From the IMG/VR virus record IMGVR_UViG_3300010352_001543: 64,000 nt of DNA. One strand, given 5' to 3'. A program made the position numbers and the translations under genes. Shown here in pieces: positions 1 to 9,385 of the stretch; position 1 is the stretch's first letter, and each line of letters opens with the position of its first letter. This DNA comes from a virus. Taxonomy: Duplodnaviria > Caudoviricetes. The notes under the pieces were generated by a model that was not told the origin of the DNA, made no database searches, and saw only the letters and a list, made by a program, of their open reading frames with translations.

Positions 1-2
1 CT

Positions 3-617
3 TATAAAAAAGAACAAGATTTATTTAAAAAGGAATGTGAAGAACAAACCAACCTATTAAATGATGAAATCGAATATCTACAGGAACAAATCAAAACTCT
101 CCAAAATTTATACAATCCGAAAATAAATTTAAATGATTATAAAATCAAGTTAAAAAACCATAGGCTATTTCAAGCAATCGCTAATTGCATTAAACATAAT
201 GTATTTATTAAAGAATTTAAAACAGAAAAACTAAATAATGTTTATCAAATAATTGTAGTCAAAAAATTACAAGACTTATCTGATATGCTTATCCAATTTA
301 TAAATAGCCTCGACGAAACAAAATTCAAAGACATCCAAGTTTTAGGAAATGAACTAACATGTTTATTGTCCGATGTTCAAAATAAAAGTAATGATCGACT
401 GATCGAAATGGACATGAAACCTAAATTAAAAGAACAAATATATAAAATGTGTATATTGTATGATTTAATTGAAGTTGTTTCTTGTATGGCTCAATTTAAA
501 TCAATACAACCTAACATATTTTTGGATGGTGTTTTTGATCAACTTTACGAAAATTACATCACCGCTTTTCCTGATTACATAGAGACACAACTGAATCAAT
601 TGGATTGGTCGAACTAA
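3..617 (+). CDS. Hypothetical protein, 5'-truncated by the window edge
   Basis: Frame 3 is open from base 3 (YKKEQDLFKKECEEQ...) into the listed 285..617 ORF. Confidence 0.7.
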   Translation, partial: YKKEQDLFKKECEEQTNLLNDEIEYLQEQIKTLQNLYNPKINLNDYKIKLKNHRLFQAIANCIKHNVFIKEFKTEKLNNVYQIIVVKKLQDLSDMLIQFINSLDETKFKDIQVLGNELTCLLSDVQNKSNDRLIEMDMKPKLKEQIYKMCILYDLIEVVSCMAQFKSIQPNIFLDGVFDQLYENYITAFPDYIETQLNQLDWSN

Positions 618-874
618 AAATTATTCCTTTAAAAATACTCAAAAAAATGCAACTAAGAGATTACACTTACCAAATATACTTGGTAAAAAAATACAATCAT
701 TATCAAAATATTTTGAAAATACAAGAAGAACGAATGGAGGTTATACAACATATAACATCCAGGGTAAAGAACAAAGAAAACGAACTAGAAATATTAGCTA
801 GTAACATAGATAGAACAAAAAATCAAATAGAATTCATAAAAAATATATTTTCCTCTGAAAATATAGCTATATAA
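605..874 (+). CDS. Small coiled-coil hypothetical protein
   Basis: Open frame with heptad-like E/K/I pattern, convergent with the gp2 gene; the true start may be the ATG at 648. Confidence 0.55.
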   Translation: MVELKIIPLKILKKMQLRDYTYQIYLVKKYNHYQNILKIQEERMEVIQHITSRVKNKENELEILASNIDRTKNQIEFIKNIFSSENIAI

Positions 875-875
875 A

Positions 876-1514
876 TTATTTTTTATTCCAATTTTCTTGG
901 ATTTCTTTGGGTGATATTCCAATGAGTTTATTCGGAACAACAAATCCAATTTTGTACCAATCTTCCATTTCAATCATCCGAATATTCGTTGCTTTCTCTA
1001 TCCGATAAGCACGAATTGCTATCTCGTATTTTCGACCTAAAATCATTCTTAATGTAGTTCTGAAAGATTCACTTAGGTCGAAATTTTGGGAAAATAAAGT
1101 AGCAGGAATATATTTCTTATTATTTTTCATCAATTTTTCTTCAGCGTCAAAAACAGATCTATACATACCATAATATAAATTGAGTATCCATACCCTCATC
1201 GCTCCTGGAATGTAATGAAGGTTCAGCCCTACAAAAAGTACCGAATTTTTTTCCGGTAAATCTCTCTGGGATAATATTAAAGATATTGGGCGCTTATCAT
1301 AAAAATCTAATACGTCTTTCATAATAGGATCATAGTCGAATAAATAAACCCTACCTACAAAAAATGATCTATATTTTAGTACCGGTCTATCTGTCCAGGG
1401 CATAGCTGATCGGGACATATATTTATTTATAAAAAATTTATATACTGTTGAAAGTAATCTAGATAGCCCTGTTTTATTTAATTCTTTTTGATAACTATCA
1501 AGTGGGAGGATCAT
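876..1514 (-). CDS. gp2: T4 gp2-like DNA end protector protein
   Basis: GRVYLFDYDP...FYDKRP...FVGLNLHYIP...R matches gp2-family motifs (G-x-x-Y-x-F-x-YDP; GLNLHY[LI]P). Confidence 0.8.
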   Translation of the reverse strand: MILPLDSYQKELNKTGLSRLLSTVYKFFINKYMSRSAMPWTDRPVLKYRSFFVGRVYLFDYDPIMKDVLDFYDKRPISLILSQRDLPEKNSVLFVGLNLHYIPGAMRVWILNLYYGMYRSVFDAEEKLMKNNKKYIPATLFSQNFDLSESFRTTLRMILGRKYEIAIRAYRIEKATNIRMIEMEDWYKIGFVVPNKLIGISPKEIQENWNKK

Positions 1515-2070
1515 TATTAATGTCTGTTATTTGGTAATAATCAGTACTTTTGGTAAAACACCGGTCATTATTTTTTATTTTTGCTTGTATATGACATCTA
1601 TCTAATACAAAATCGTTTACATTAGTTCCTTTATATAATAACTCCATTAAATTTCCTGAACCAATATTCGGATTTATAATACCGTTTTGATTCAAGGCAT
1701 AGACAACACATAAATCTATTGAAGGAGATTCATCATCTTTAGTGAACTTATAAATAAATTTCGAACTAGGACTGTCTTCTGACAAAGCATCAGTGAAATG
1801 AGGCAATGTTTTTAATATCCAAATAGAATTATCGATGTTTATAGTATCATTTACAAAAAAATTATCTTTTGATATAACAGGTAAATCAGAAAATAAAAAT
1901 TTATTAGTACTATTGTATTTGTAAAGAATTATTTCGTCCGTGTCTTCAGGAATTTTGAAAACAAAGGCAACCACCTCAGAAAAACGTAAATAATCTAAAT
2001 TAATTTCTTCTCCAGTTTCCCCATCTGTTATAGAAAAAAGATGTTTTATTTTTATATTTTTTGTTTGCAT
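1498..2070 (-). CDS. Hypothetical protein, probably virion-associated
   Basis: 190-aa ORF in the tightly packed late operon. Confidence 0.6.
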   Translation of the reverse strand: MQTKNIKIKHLFSITDGETGEEINLDYLRFSEVVAFVFKIPEDTDEIILYKYNSTNKFLFSDLPVISKDNFFVNDTINIDNSIWILKTLPHFTDALSEDSPSSKFIYKFTKDDESPSIDLCVVYALNQNGIINPNIGSGNLMELLYKGTNVNDFVLDRCHIQAKIKNNDRCFTKSTDYYQITDINNDPPT

Positions 2071-2077
2071 ATAAATT

Positions 2078-3193
2078 TTATGATAATGTTAATCGTGCAG
2101 TCGTAGCATCTATAGGCAACTGATTTGATATAGTTTCTATTTCATCCATTTGTGTCTGTACTTCTTTGGCTGTTTCAACTGCACAAGGACCACACCATCG
2201 CAGAATAACACTATGATTATATTTCGAAAATAAAGGTTGTCCATTATCATCAACCGCTCCAGCTGGCAGACCCAAATTATAGGGTTTAACAGGTGCGCTT
2301 AGACCAGCGATAGGATCACCGTTTACATCAACTGCTTGTGTATTCATAGCATCTATAGCATTAGCCGATAAAGATATTTTGAAATCCTGTCCCACTCCTG
2401 CATACTTAGTAGCTAAAACAGATCCAGAATATCCAAACTCAGCATCGTCTTTATCTATAGCTGAAACAGAACCATCATTATTCTCTTTTATTGGTGTTTT
2501 TGCCATTCTACCTACATACAAGGTTCCTGCTGCTGTTTCTACTATTCGAAGATTACCAATCCATGTTGGATTACTAGCATTATTGAAAATATCATCAGCG
2601 TCAGCACCTTCTGCCAACACATTGAATGCATCTAATAATTTTTGTGCTAAAATCTCTAATTGGTCACAAGGTATTAAATCTTGTGAACTTACCGCGGTAT
2701 TAAAGGCTTCAAGTGCTTCAGCCCATGCTTGCATAGGTTTACTTAAATCCACTAAGTCATTTGGTGTTAAACCAGGAGTTAAATCAGTTGCTTCTCCCCC
2801 ATTGACGCCAGGGTTGGTATCACCGTCACCGCTGTATAAATCTTTCAGTGATATATTTTGTGGAGTTAAATCACCGGTTGCGCCATAATTACTAAATTGT
2901 AAAGCAACTAAATCTGCAATAGTTTGATCTCCTAAATAACCTTCTAATAATCTTCTTTTTGTTTCCGCTGGTATCTCAAAAAAATCAGATTCCACAATAA
3001 GACCTACCGGAACATTACCGAACTTATTAACACCATTATCCACAGCGTATCCTGTTTTTTTACCTCTTGACTTTCCGCCACCGGGTGCAGTTATCACATC
3101 TTCGAACGCCATAATATCTTTCGCGGTTAATACATCATCTTCTAAGATACTTTTAAATGTAATATTAGCGCTATGTGTTCCATTACTAGCCAT
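2078..3193 (-). CDS. Putative virion structural protein
   Basis: 371 aa, acidic and G/A/D-rich, late-operon context. Confidence 0.6.
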   Translation of the reverse strand: MASNGTHSANITFKSILEDDVLTAKDIMAFEDVITAPGGGKSRGKKTGYAVDNGVNKFGNVPVGLIVESDFFEIPAETKRRLLEGYLGDQTIADLVALQFSNYGATGDLTPQNISLKDLYSGDGDTNPGVNGGEATDLTPGLTPNDLVDLSKPMQAWAEALEAFNTAVSSQDLIPCDQLEILAQKLLDAFNVLAEGADADDIFNNASNPTWIGNLRIVETAAGTLYVGRMAKTPIKENNDGSVSAIDKDDAEFGYSGSVLATKYAGVGQDFKISLSANAIDAMNTQAVDVNGDPIAGLSAPVKPYNLGLPAGAVDDNGQPLFSKYNHSVILRWCGPCAVETAKEVQTQMDEIETISNQLPIDATTARLTLS

Positions 3194-3210
3194 CTATAAA
3201 CCTCTTTATT

Positions 3211-3828
3211 TTATGTTAGTCTGTTTATTTGAATTCCTGGTAATGTATAATCACCATAGTAAGAATTCATATTATTATATATAAATTTTTGATAATTTTG
3301 GCAATCCGTATTCTCATCTTGCAAGTCATTGTTGAAACCGAACAGCTCCAACTCTATTAATTCCAGTAATTCCAAAACTGAAATATCAGATGTATGATAT
3401 ACTAACCTTAAAGAACCATCGATGTTATTTTTACTGTTTCTAGTGAAATATTCTCTTATAGCTCCAACCGGATTATTTTGATTTAATGTGTTATATCTTC
3501 CCAGCAAAACAAAATATAAATAAGTAGAATCCCTAAATATTTTCACATCATTATTAGTAAACAAATTGTCTAAATACTGTCCTATAGTTAATTGAATATT
3601 ATTCATGTCAATCACATCCACCGGATCCGTATTTAAATCTTCTTCGATAAGTATTGAATTTTCCACGGCTAATTCATTAATAATAGATAAGGTAACCGGT
3701 TCCAGTCCTTCATCAATAATATACTGCAATGGTGTCCGGAGAGCAAAATAATCCCAATTAGTATATGTGTAGTCTATACTATCTATTAATAAATTTTTTA
3801 ATGTGACTTTTCTTAATGCGTTTGCCAT
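3211..3828 (-). CDS. Putative virion protein
   Basis: N-terminus (LRKVTLKNLL...YTNWDYFALRTP) resembles the 3833..4396 product. Confidence 0.6.
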   Translation of the reverse strand: MANALRKVTLKNLLIDSIDYTYTNWDYFALRTPLQYIIDEGLEPVTLSIINELAVENSILIEEDLNTDPVDVIDMNNIQLTIGQYLDNLFTNNDVKIFRDSTYLYFVLLGRYNTLNQNNPVGAIREYFTRNSKNNIDGSLRLVYHTSDISVLELLELIELELFGFNNDLQDENTDCQNYQKFIYNNMNSYYGDYTLPGIQINRLT

Positions 3829-3832
3829 TTTT

Positions 3833-4396
3833 CTATATAAATTTATATGTTATAGTTGTTGACCGGGTACAAGGTGAATTCTCTATATCCTCCTCCGACT
3901 CAACTAAATCAAAACCAATCACTATGATTTTAGGATAATTAATAGCTTCTATGATATCATATGAGTTACCTTTTATAATCAAACCGATATTTACCGCTCC
4001 GCTTGGAAAATTAGAAAATAAAGCTCCTCTTGATTGTAGTATATCATCTACATAATATTTTCCAACTGCTATTATATCAATATAATTTTTGGTCTCCACG
4101 AATAATAATTGGCCAGGAACTAAGTTAGATATTAATGTACCTAATTCAGAACTCACCAAACACTTATCATAATCAATATAATCTAAATTAGTATAATCCA
4201 ATAAATTTTCCGGATTTATATAGACCGTTTCAGTACTATATATTTCAAAAGGAAATAATTCTATAATATTATCTATAGTCGCCCCATCTTTCATTCTCTT
4301 TGGTATAGATATAACGTAATAACTCCAATCTATATAAGGATGAGTAGAATAAAGAATATTTGATATAACAATTTTTTTAACGGCCATGTTTTTCAT
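3833..4396 (-). CDS. Putative virion protein
   Basis: N-terminus VKKIVISNIL...YIDWSYYVISIP resembles the 3211..3828 product. Confidence 0.6.
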   Translation of the reverse strand: MKNMAVKKIVISNILYSTHPYIDWSYYVISIPKRMKDGATIDNIIELFPFEIYSTETVYINPENLLDYTNLDYIDYDKCLVSSELGTLISNLVPGQLLFVETKNYIDIIAVGKYYVDDILQSRGALFSNFPSGAVNIGLIIKGNSYDIIEAINYPKIIVIGFDLVESEEDIENSPCTRSTTITYKFI

Positions 4397-4399
4397 TAT

Positions 4400-5257
4400 T
4401 TATATAGTAAAGTCAGATTTCCATACTTTAAAAAATTTTAATTTATTTTCATCCTGTACTAAGGTAAAAATTTTAGGTGAATATTGAATAGCATTTATAT
4501 TAAACATTTCGGTTGTAGGTATAATACTTATTAAATTATTTCCGGAGTCAATCTCTCCGTTCTTTTTTAATTGGTCACTTTCCTTCTCAAAGCAAATACA
4601 ATTATAACCTAAACAATTAGTTCTGTCCATTGTTATTTCAAATAACTCGTCCATTTCATCATAAGTATAAGACAACCTAGATACAAGCATAACATAGTAA
4701 CTATATAAATCCACCGATATTTGTGTTTTCACGAACCTGAAAAAGATATCTAAATTTAAATCATTTGAACTAACAGTACTGTTCAATATTTTAGGATCTA
4801 AATTATCAACACTTAAAGGGTCCACCATATTGCCGGTAGATAATGTCAATAGATTAAAAAAGTTAAAAATTTTATCATCCGATGAATCTATATCGTTATT
4901 TAATGTACTGAACGGCAGAATAGAAGTCACATCGAAAAAATCACTTTTATCTAAATTAGCGTCGGTGAAAATGTAAGTAGTAGTATCGTCAAGATAATCA
5001 TATCCGGGACCATAATTATAAATAAAATTAGGAATAATATTTAAACGTATTCTATGGTCGTTATTCAGTAAATCGTTTACTCTCTCCGATAAATTAAATA
5101 AGACAAAATTGAACTCATTATTATATAATTCCGATGAATCTTCTACGCTATAAACACCCTCTTGTGTTAAGTTATCTATACAAGGTATTAAATTAGATTG
5201 AGAGTCCGGTCTTACCTGGTTCAAGCTCAGTCCGTTTATGTTAAAAGTTATTGCCAT
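4400..5257 (-). CDS. Putative virion protein
   Basis: 285-aa acidic N/D-rich ORF in the late operon. Confidence 0.6.
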   Translation of the reverse strand: MAITFNINGLSLNQVRPDSQSNLIPCIDNLTQEGVYSVEDSSELYNNEFNFVLFNLSERVNDLLNNDHRIRLNIIPNFIYNYGPGYDYLDDTTTYIFTDANLDKSDFFDVTSILPFSTLNNDIDSSDDKIFNFFNLLTLSTGNMVDPLSVDNLDPKILNSTVSSNDLNLDIFFRFVKTQISVDLYSYYVMLVSRLSYTYDEMDELFEITMDRTNCLGYNCICFEKESDQLKKNGEIDSGNNLISIIPTTEMFNINAIQYSPKIFTLVQDENKLKFFKVWKSDFTI

Positions 5258-5272
5258 TTTTCTTTTATGTCA

Positions 5273-7216
5273 TTAATTTAGTTGCTCACCTAATTGAAAA
5301 TTAATTTCTATTTTTCCAATTTTTTGTGTCGGAGACAATGAAAAAGTTGGACATGTTAATGTCATATTTATATATTTATTACCGAGTTCTGGATTCAAAA
5401 CAACATCGATTACAGAAGGAATAGTCAAAGCATCCCTTATCACATCAACTATGATGTTTCCTGAATCATAAACATAAACCAGGGAGTTGATATTTACTGC
5501 TGCTATTCCTGCATTTGGTATTAAATCGATCAATTCATCTATATCTACAATTATTCTATAATTTAATAAAGTATCAAAAGGTACCTCTATATCCGGAAGA
5601 GTATTTAACATAGAGAAAATATTTGTTCTACTTATAGAAGGAGCTGTTATTATAGAAGAACCGCCTGAACATTTCGTTTCATATTCTGTTAATAGTGGTC
5701 CAACTACTGTTTGGAATATAGCTGTAGTAACACTATTAATCGTCTTGTAAGGAATATCAACCGGAGGTAGTCCAGTATATGAATAAACATAAGTATAAGT
5801 TGATTCAATTGGAATGTCAAAGCAAGGCACCATTGTTGGTGCAGCATTGTCAATTGGAATGTCAGAGCAAGGCACCATTGTTGGTGCAGCATTGTCAATT
5901 GGAATGTCAGAGCAAGGCACCATTGTTGGTGCAGCATTGTCAATTGGAATGTCAAAGCAAGGAACTTCTGTTTCTGTAGGTAAATCATTATCTGGGTCGG
6001 TTGGATCAGGTATTGGATCCTTCTCTGGACAATCTTCTGTAGTAGTAACAGTAACTATTAAAATTCCGCCTTCAGGGATGTCTTTAGTACAATCATATTC
6101 TAATTCCAAGAATGGATCATTTATCGGAATTATACCATCACACTTCGGAAGATCTACTTTAATTGAAATATCTTCTGTTTGTTCACATTTCTTTAAGAAA
6201 TCACCAACTATACAACGTATTTCAAATTCGATTGATTCATAATCGGATATGTCAGTAATTTGATTTATTTCAGGATAAAAAGTTAAAAATCTATCCGGAT
6301 GAACTGAAGGATGTATTCGTTGGAGGTAAGCATTTACTGATTCAAATGATAACCTGTTCCATTCGGACCACGGAGTGGAATATGTATCACTGTTTAATCT
6401 TTGTCTGATTAAAAACTCGATATTATACTCAAGTGGGAAACCAAGAATATTACTTGCGAAATATTTTAGAATTAACTCATCGTACTCATCCTCTAAAATT
6501 TGGGTGAAATTAGCGGAAGCAGTAAAACCAAAATCAGTTGAAATAAGAAATGGCTCAGCAAGAGAAATCATTTTAGAATACGCGACATTATTTCCTTCTC
6601 CTCGCCGAGCACGGGCATATAGAATATGTGTTGGTTTAGTGGAATCCCAAAGAACATTTATATAGGCGCATTTTTTATTTGGTCCTAATAAATCAGCATA
6701 AACATTTGTTCCAAGACTTTCAGTATTGTCTGAATTATGATTATAAAGCAATCCATCTTCAGTCAAGAATTCGATGGCGTCTATTCCAAGTTTGGAGAAA
6801 TCATCACAACATAATTTATATGTCATAATATTATCTTTATAGATACAAGGAGTAATTCTTATTATGTTTCCGCAGATAGGAATGCATTCAGGACATTCAT
6901 TTTCAGTGACAGTAATTTCTAAAACAGGTTTAGAAATACATACCTCTTCGTCACCTTTAATGATCTGAACATTTGCTAAAATTTGGACCGTTTCATTCGG
7001 AAGATCTTTCAGAAATTTAAAAGTTGCTCTTGGTTCAAGCGTCCAAGCAGAACTTTCACTTTCTTTTGTTAGACCAACAATTTCATAGAAGGTTCTATCA
7101 TTAATATCACCGGAACGTTGGGCGAACCAGTTGTATCTCCAATCTTCATCAACAACATTTCCATCAGGACGTTGAATATTAAACGTTATTAATTCATATG
7201 TATTTACTACAGTCAC
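5273..7216 (-). CDS. Cys/Pro-rich putative virion surface protein with a 15-aa tandem repeat
   Basis: 647 aa, GTG start, many Cys, PC[SF]DIPIDNAAPTMV repeats. Confidence 0.65.
   Translation of the reverse strand: MTVVNTYELITFNIQRPDGNVVDEDWRYNWFAQRSGDINDRTFYEIVGLTKESESSAWTLEPRATFKFLKDLPNETVQILANVQIIKGDEEVCISKPVLEITVTENECPECIPICGNIIRITPCIYKDNIMTYKLCCDDFSKLGIDAIEFLTEDGLLYNHNSDNTESLGTNVYADLLGPNKKCAYINVLWDSTKPTHILYARARRGEGNNVAYSKMISLAEPFLISTDFGFTASANFTQILEDEYDELILKYFASNILGFPLEYNIEFLIRQRLNSDTYSTPWSEWNRLSFESVNAYLQRIHPSVHPDRFLTFYPEINQITDISDYESIEFEIRCIVGDFLKKCEQTEDISIKVDLPKCDGIIPINDPFLELEYDCTKDIPEGGILIVTVTTTEDCPEKDPIPDPTDPDNDLPTETEVPCFDIPIDNAAPTMVPCSDIPIDNAAPTMVPCSDIPIDNAAPTMVPCFDIPIESTYTYVYSYTGLPPVDIPYKTINSVTTAIFQTVVGPLLTEYETKCSGGSSIITAPSISRTNIFSMLNTLPDIEVPFDTLLNYRIIVDIDELIDLIPNAGIAAVNINSLVYVYDSGNIIVDVIRDALTIPSVIDVVLNPELGNKYINMTLTCPTFSLSPTQKIGKIEINFQLGEQLN
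5805..5962. repeat. 45-bp in-frame tandem repeat, 3.5 copies
   Basis: TCAATTGGAATGTCA[A/G]AGCAAGGCACCATTGTTGGTGCAGCATTG starting at 5805, 5850, 5895 and 5940 (partial). Confidence 0.97.
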
Positions 7217-7231
7217 ATTGTCTTATTATTT

Positions 7232-7579
7232 TTATCCTTCTTCCGCCCATAAGTCATTACTTACAGAATCTTCCAATTCTTCGTCCGAATACATGAGATC
7301 ATTTCCAGAATATCCTTGATCTAACATGCTTATAAATAAATGTTTTCCATTTTTCTTACCTTTATATCTATAACCGCCTCGCCATGCGCCATCTCCTAAA
7401 TCTAAAAGGCAATAATCCATTTGTGTCCTGAACTCCTTTACAGAACTGACCATGTCTCCGAGTTCAATATTATTATCGTCTAAAATACTGGTGTCCCAAT
7501 GTTTCTTTGGTTTAGATTCATCCAATTTATTTTCATTAATAAATTCATTGAATTTCAATACTTTGTTTTCTGTTTTCAT
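7232..7579 (-). CDS. Leader-tagged small protein (candidate capsid internal protein)
   Basis: MKTENKVLKFNEFINE leader; paralog of the 7659..8007 gene. Confidence 0.7.
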   Translation of the reverse strand: MKTENKVLKFNEFINENKLDESKPKKHWDTSILDDNNIELGDMVSSVKEFRTQMDYCLLDLGDGAWRGGYRYKGKKNGKHLFISMLDQGYSGNDLMYSDEELEDSVSNDLWAEEG

Positions 7580-7647
7580 AATTGTTTTTTTTTTTGTTAA
7601 TAATCTTATATTAATATAAACGTTTATATTTTAAATTTATTGTAAGC

Positions 7648-8036
7648 TTAGACTTGGACTATCCTCTTTCTGCAATCATTCCTTTTTTTATATAATCTAA
7701 TATTGTTTTTTCTCTGAGTTTCATTGTTTCACCTTTGGTAATATCACTATCATGCCATTTATTATCGTCGTCTTGTATCATCCAACTTCTAAATATATAA
7801 TCTCCCATTCTACTGCCAACCACCTACCCAGTTTTTTCCATAATCAAGATTAACAATACAATAATCCATATCTTTTTGTAAGTCTTCTAATGACGTTATT
7901 ACCTCTCCTAATTCTTCACCTTGCTCTTTGAGAATATCCATTCCATATTGATTGGATAATTTACTTTCATTTACGAAATCTTCATATTTCATTACATGTT
8001 TTAACATATTTATTTCTTTTTTAAACTTGGACTATC
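7648..8036. repeat. 16-bp direct repeat (15/16 identical) bracketing the frameshifted gene
   Basis: TTAGACTTGGACTATC at 7648..7663 and TTAAACTTGGACTATC at 8021..8036. Confidence 0.85.
7659..8007 (-). pseudogene. Frameshifted leader-tagged gene, paralog of 7232..7579
   Basis: MLKHVMKYEDFVNES...GGWQ stops at 7810; similarity to the paralog resumes in another frame (RMGDYIFRSW...KGMIAERG*, ending at 7659). Confidence 0.65.
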
Positions 8037-9385
8037 ATCAGTCTCTCGCATACTGGATCGTATTTATCAATCGTTGCCCAAACTTGTGCGGCTATAAAAT
8101 ATTTCTTTTTATCAGCATCCATAACCAACGGACTAAATGAAAATTTATTTAATAGTTTAAAAGTAGGAGCATTGTTAAATAAACTACTTTCTACTTTGAA
8201 ATGGTGAAAATAATTATCCACTTCATTGTTCAAACTGTCATTGATTATAAAGGTACCAGGCAACCACGAAATAGTTCTACAGGAAACTGTACTTTTATTA
8301 ACCTTGAATACAATGTTCTTCACTGTTATATTATCGGTAATTGATTTAACCAATTCTATCCGGTAGTCAATCAATACCCAGTTATTCAATCGTTTAAATC
8401 GAATGTATGAGTTATCGGTTAAATAGACCGGTAGATCCAAATCAATATTTTCTTGCTTTGTAATGTTATTGGTATTGCCACCCATGTTATAAGTGATACT
8501 ATCAATAGTAATTTCATTTGTTTCGTTTAGTACCACATCTCGGTACATCACTTCCCAAGTTTCTGCGTCATCTGTGGTGTCTTCCCAACAAGCGTTCCAT
8601 CCTGTTCTGTCAGGAATTCTGTTGATATTTGGTTTGGTCTGTTTTGTAATATAAAATGTGTTACCAAAGGCAGAAGTATCCTTATTTTCAATATCAATTT
8701 TGAAATATTCGGAACCTTCTTTGAATCTAAATATGGTGTAGTCATCGATAAGTTCAACAATGACCTGGTGATTTTCAATCAAAGAATTTCTAAAACCTTT
8801 TACTCTTAAAATTTCAGTTGTATTATCAAAAGCATCATCCGAAATACTAAACCCACTTTCACAAAGAAAATTATTGTTGTTCTTAGCAAGTTTACTGTTC
8901 ATCAGATGAATGTGTTTACCTCTTCCATCACTATCAGAATTATAAATCTTTAGCTTGTAGTCAGCGGCAACCGTATTGATAACACTTGAACTTTCTAACT
9001 CCTCAAGGAAAGAAGTATTGTCTAAAATTCCTTCACTGTCATCATAAAGATTGGTTAGAAGAATAGACTTATTAGAATATTTATTGGTAACAAGATTGAT
9101 TGTTTGGATCATATCTTCTATAGGCAAATTTAAATCAGTAGCACATAAATTGGATGCTACTAATCTTGACCATTCACTATCACCATCTTCTCCCTTAGGT
9201 CCAACAGGTCCCGGAGGTCCCGGTATGGACTCACCTTGTGGTCCGATTGGTCCAGCAGGTCCTCCACCATTTTCTTGAATCTCTCTGAAATTACGATTGA
9301 ATTTTTCGATCATTTCTTCGAAACCGTCTTCAATGTTCAGGACACTAAGATTTAGATATCTTTTATTGATATAAATTGTATTCAT
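8021..9385 (-). CDS. Putative baseplate/fibre protein with a short collagen-like segment
   Basis: N-terminal EKFNRNF motif followed by GPAGPIGPQG...GPPGPVGPKGEDG (Gly-X-Y). Confidence 0.65.
   Translation of the reverse strand: MNTIYINKRYLNLSVLNIEDGFEEMIEKFNRNFREIQENGGGPAGPIGPQGESIPGPPGPVGPKGEDGDSEWSRLVASNLCATDLNLPIEDMIQTINLVTNKYSNKSILLTNLYDDSEGILDNTSFLEELESSSVINTVAADYKLKIYNSDSDGRGKHIHLMNSKLAKNNNNFLCESGFSISDDAFDNTTEILRVKGFRNSLIENHQVIVELIDDYTIFRFKEGSEYFKIDIENKDTSAFGNTFYITKQTKPNINRIPDRTGWNACWEDTTDDAETWEVMYRDVVLNETNEITIDSITYNMGGNTNNITKQENIDLDLPVYLTDNSYIRFKRLNNWVLIDYRIELVKSITDNITVKNIVFKVNKSTVSCRTISWLPGTFIINDSLNNEVDNYFHHFKVESSLFNNAPTFKLLNKFSFSPLVMDADKKKYFIAAQVWATIDKYDPVCERLMIVQV

Noticed and set aside
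5805-5962. 45-bp repeats as a CRISPR array
   Set aside because: Head-to-tail with no spacers, in frame inside a CDS, and no cas genes in the window
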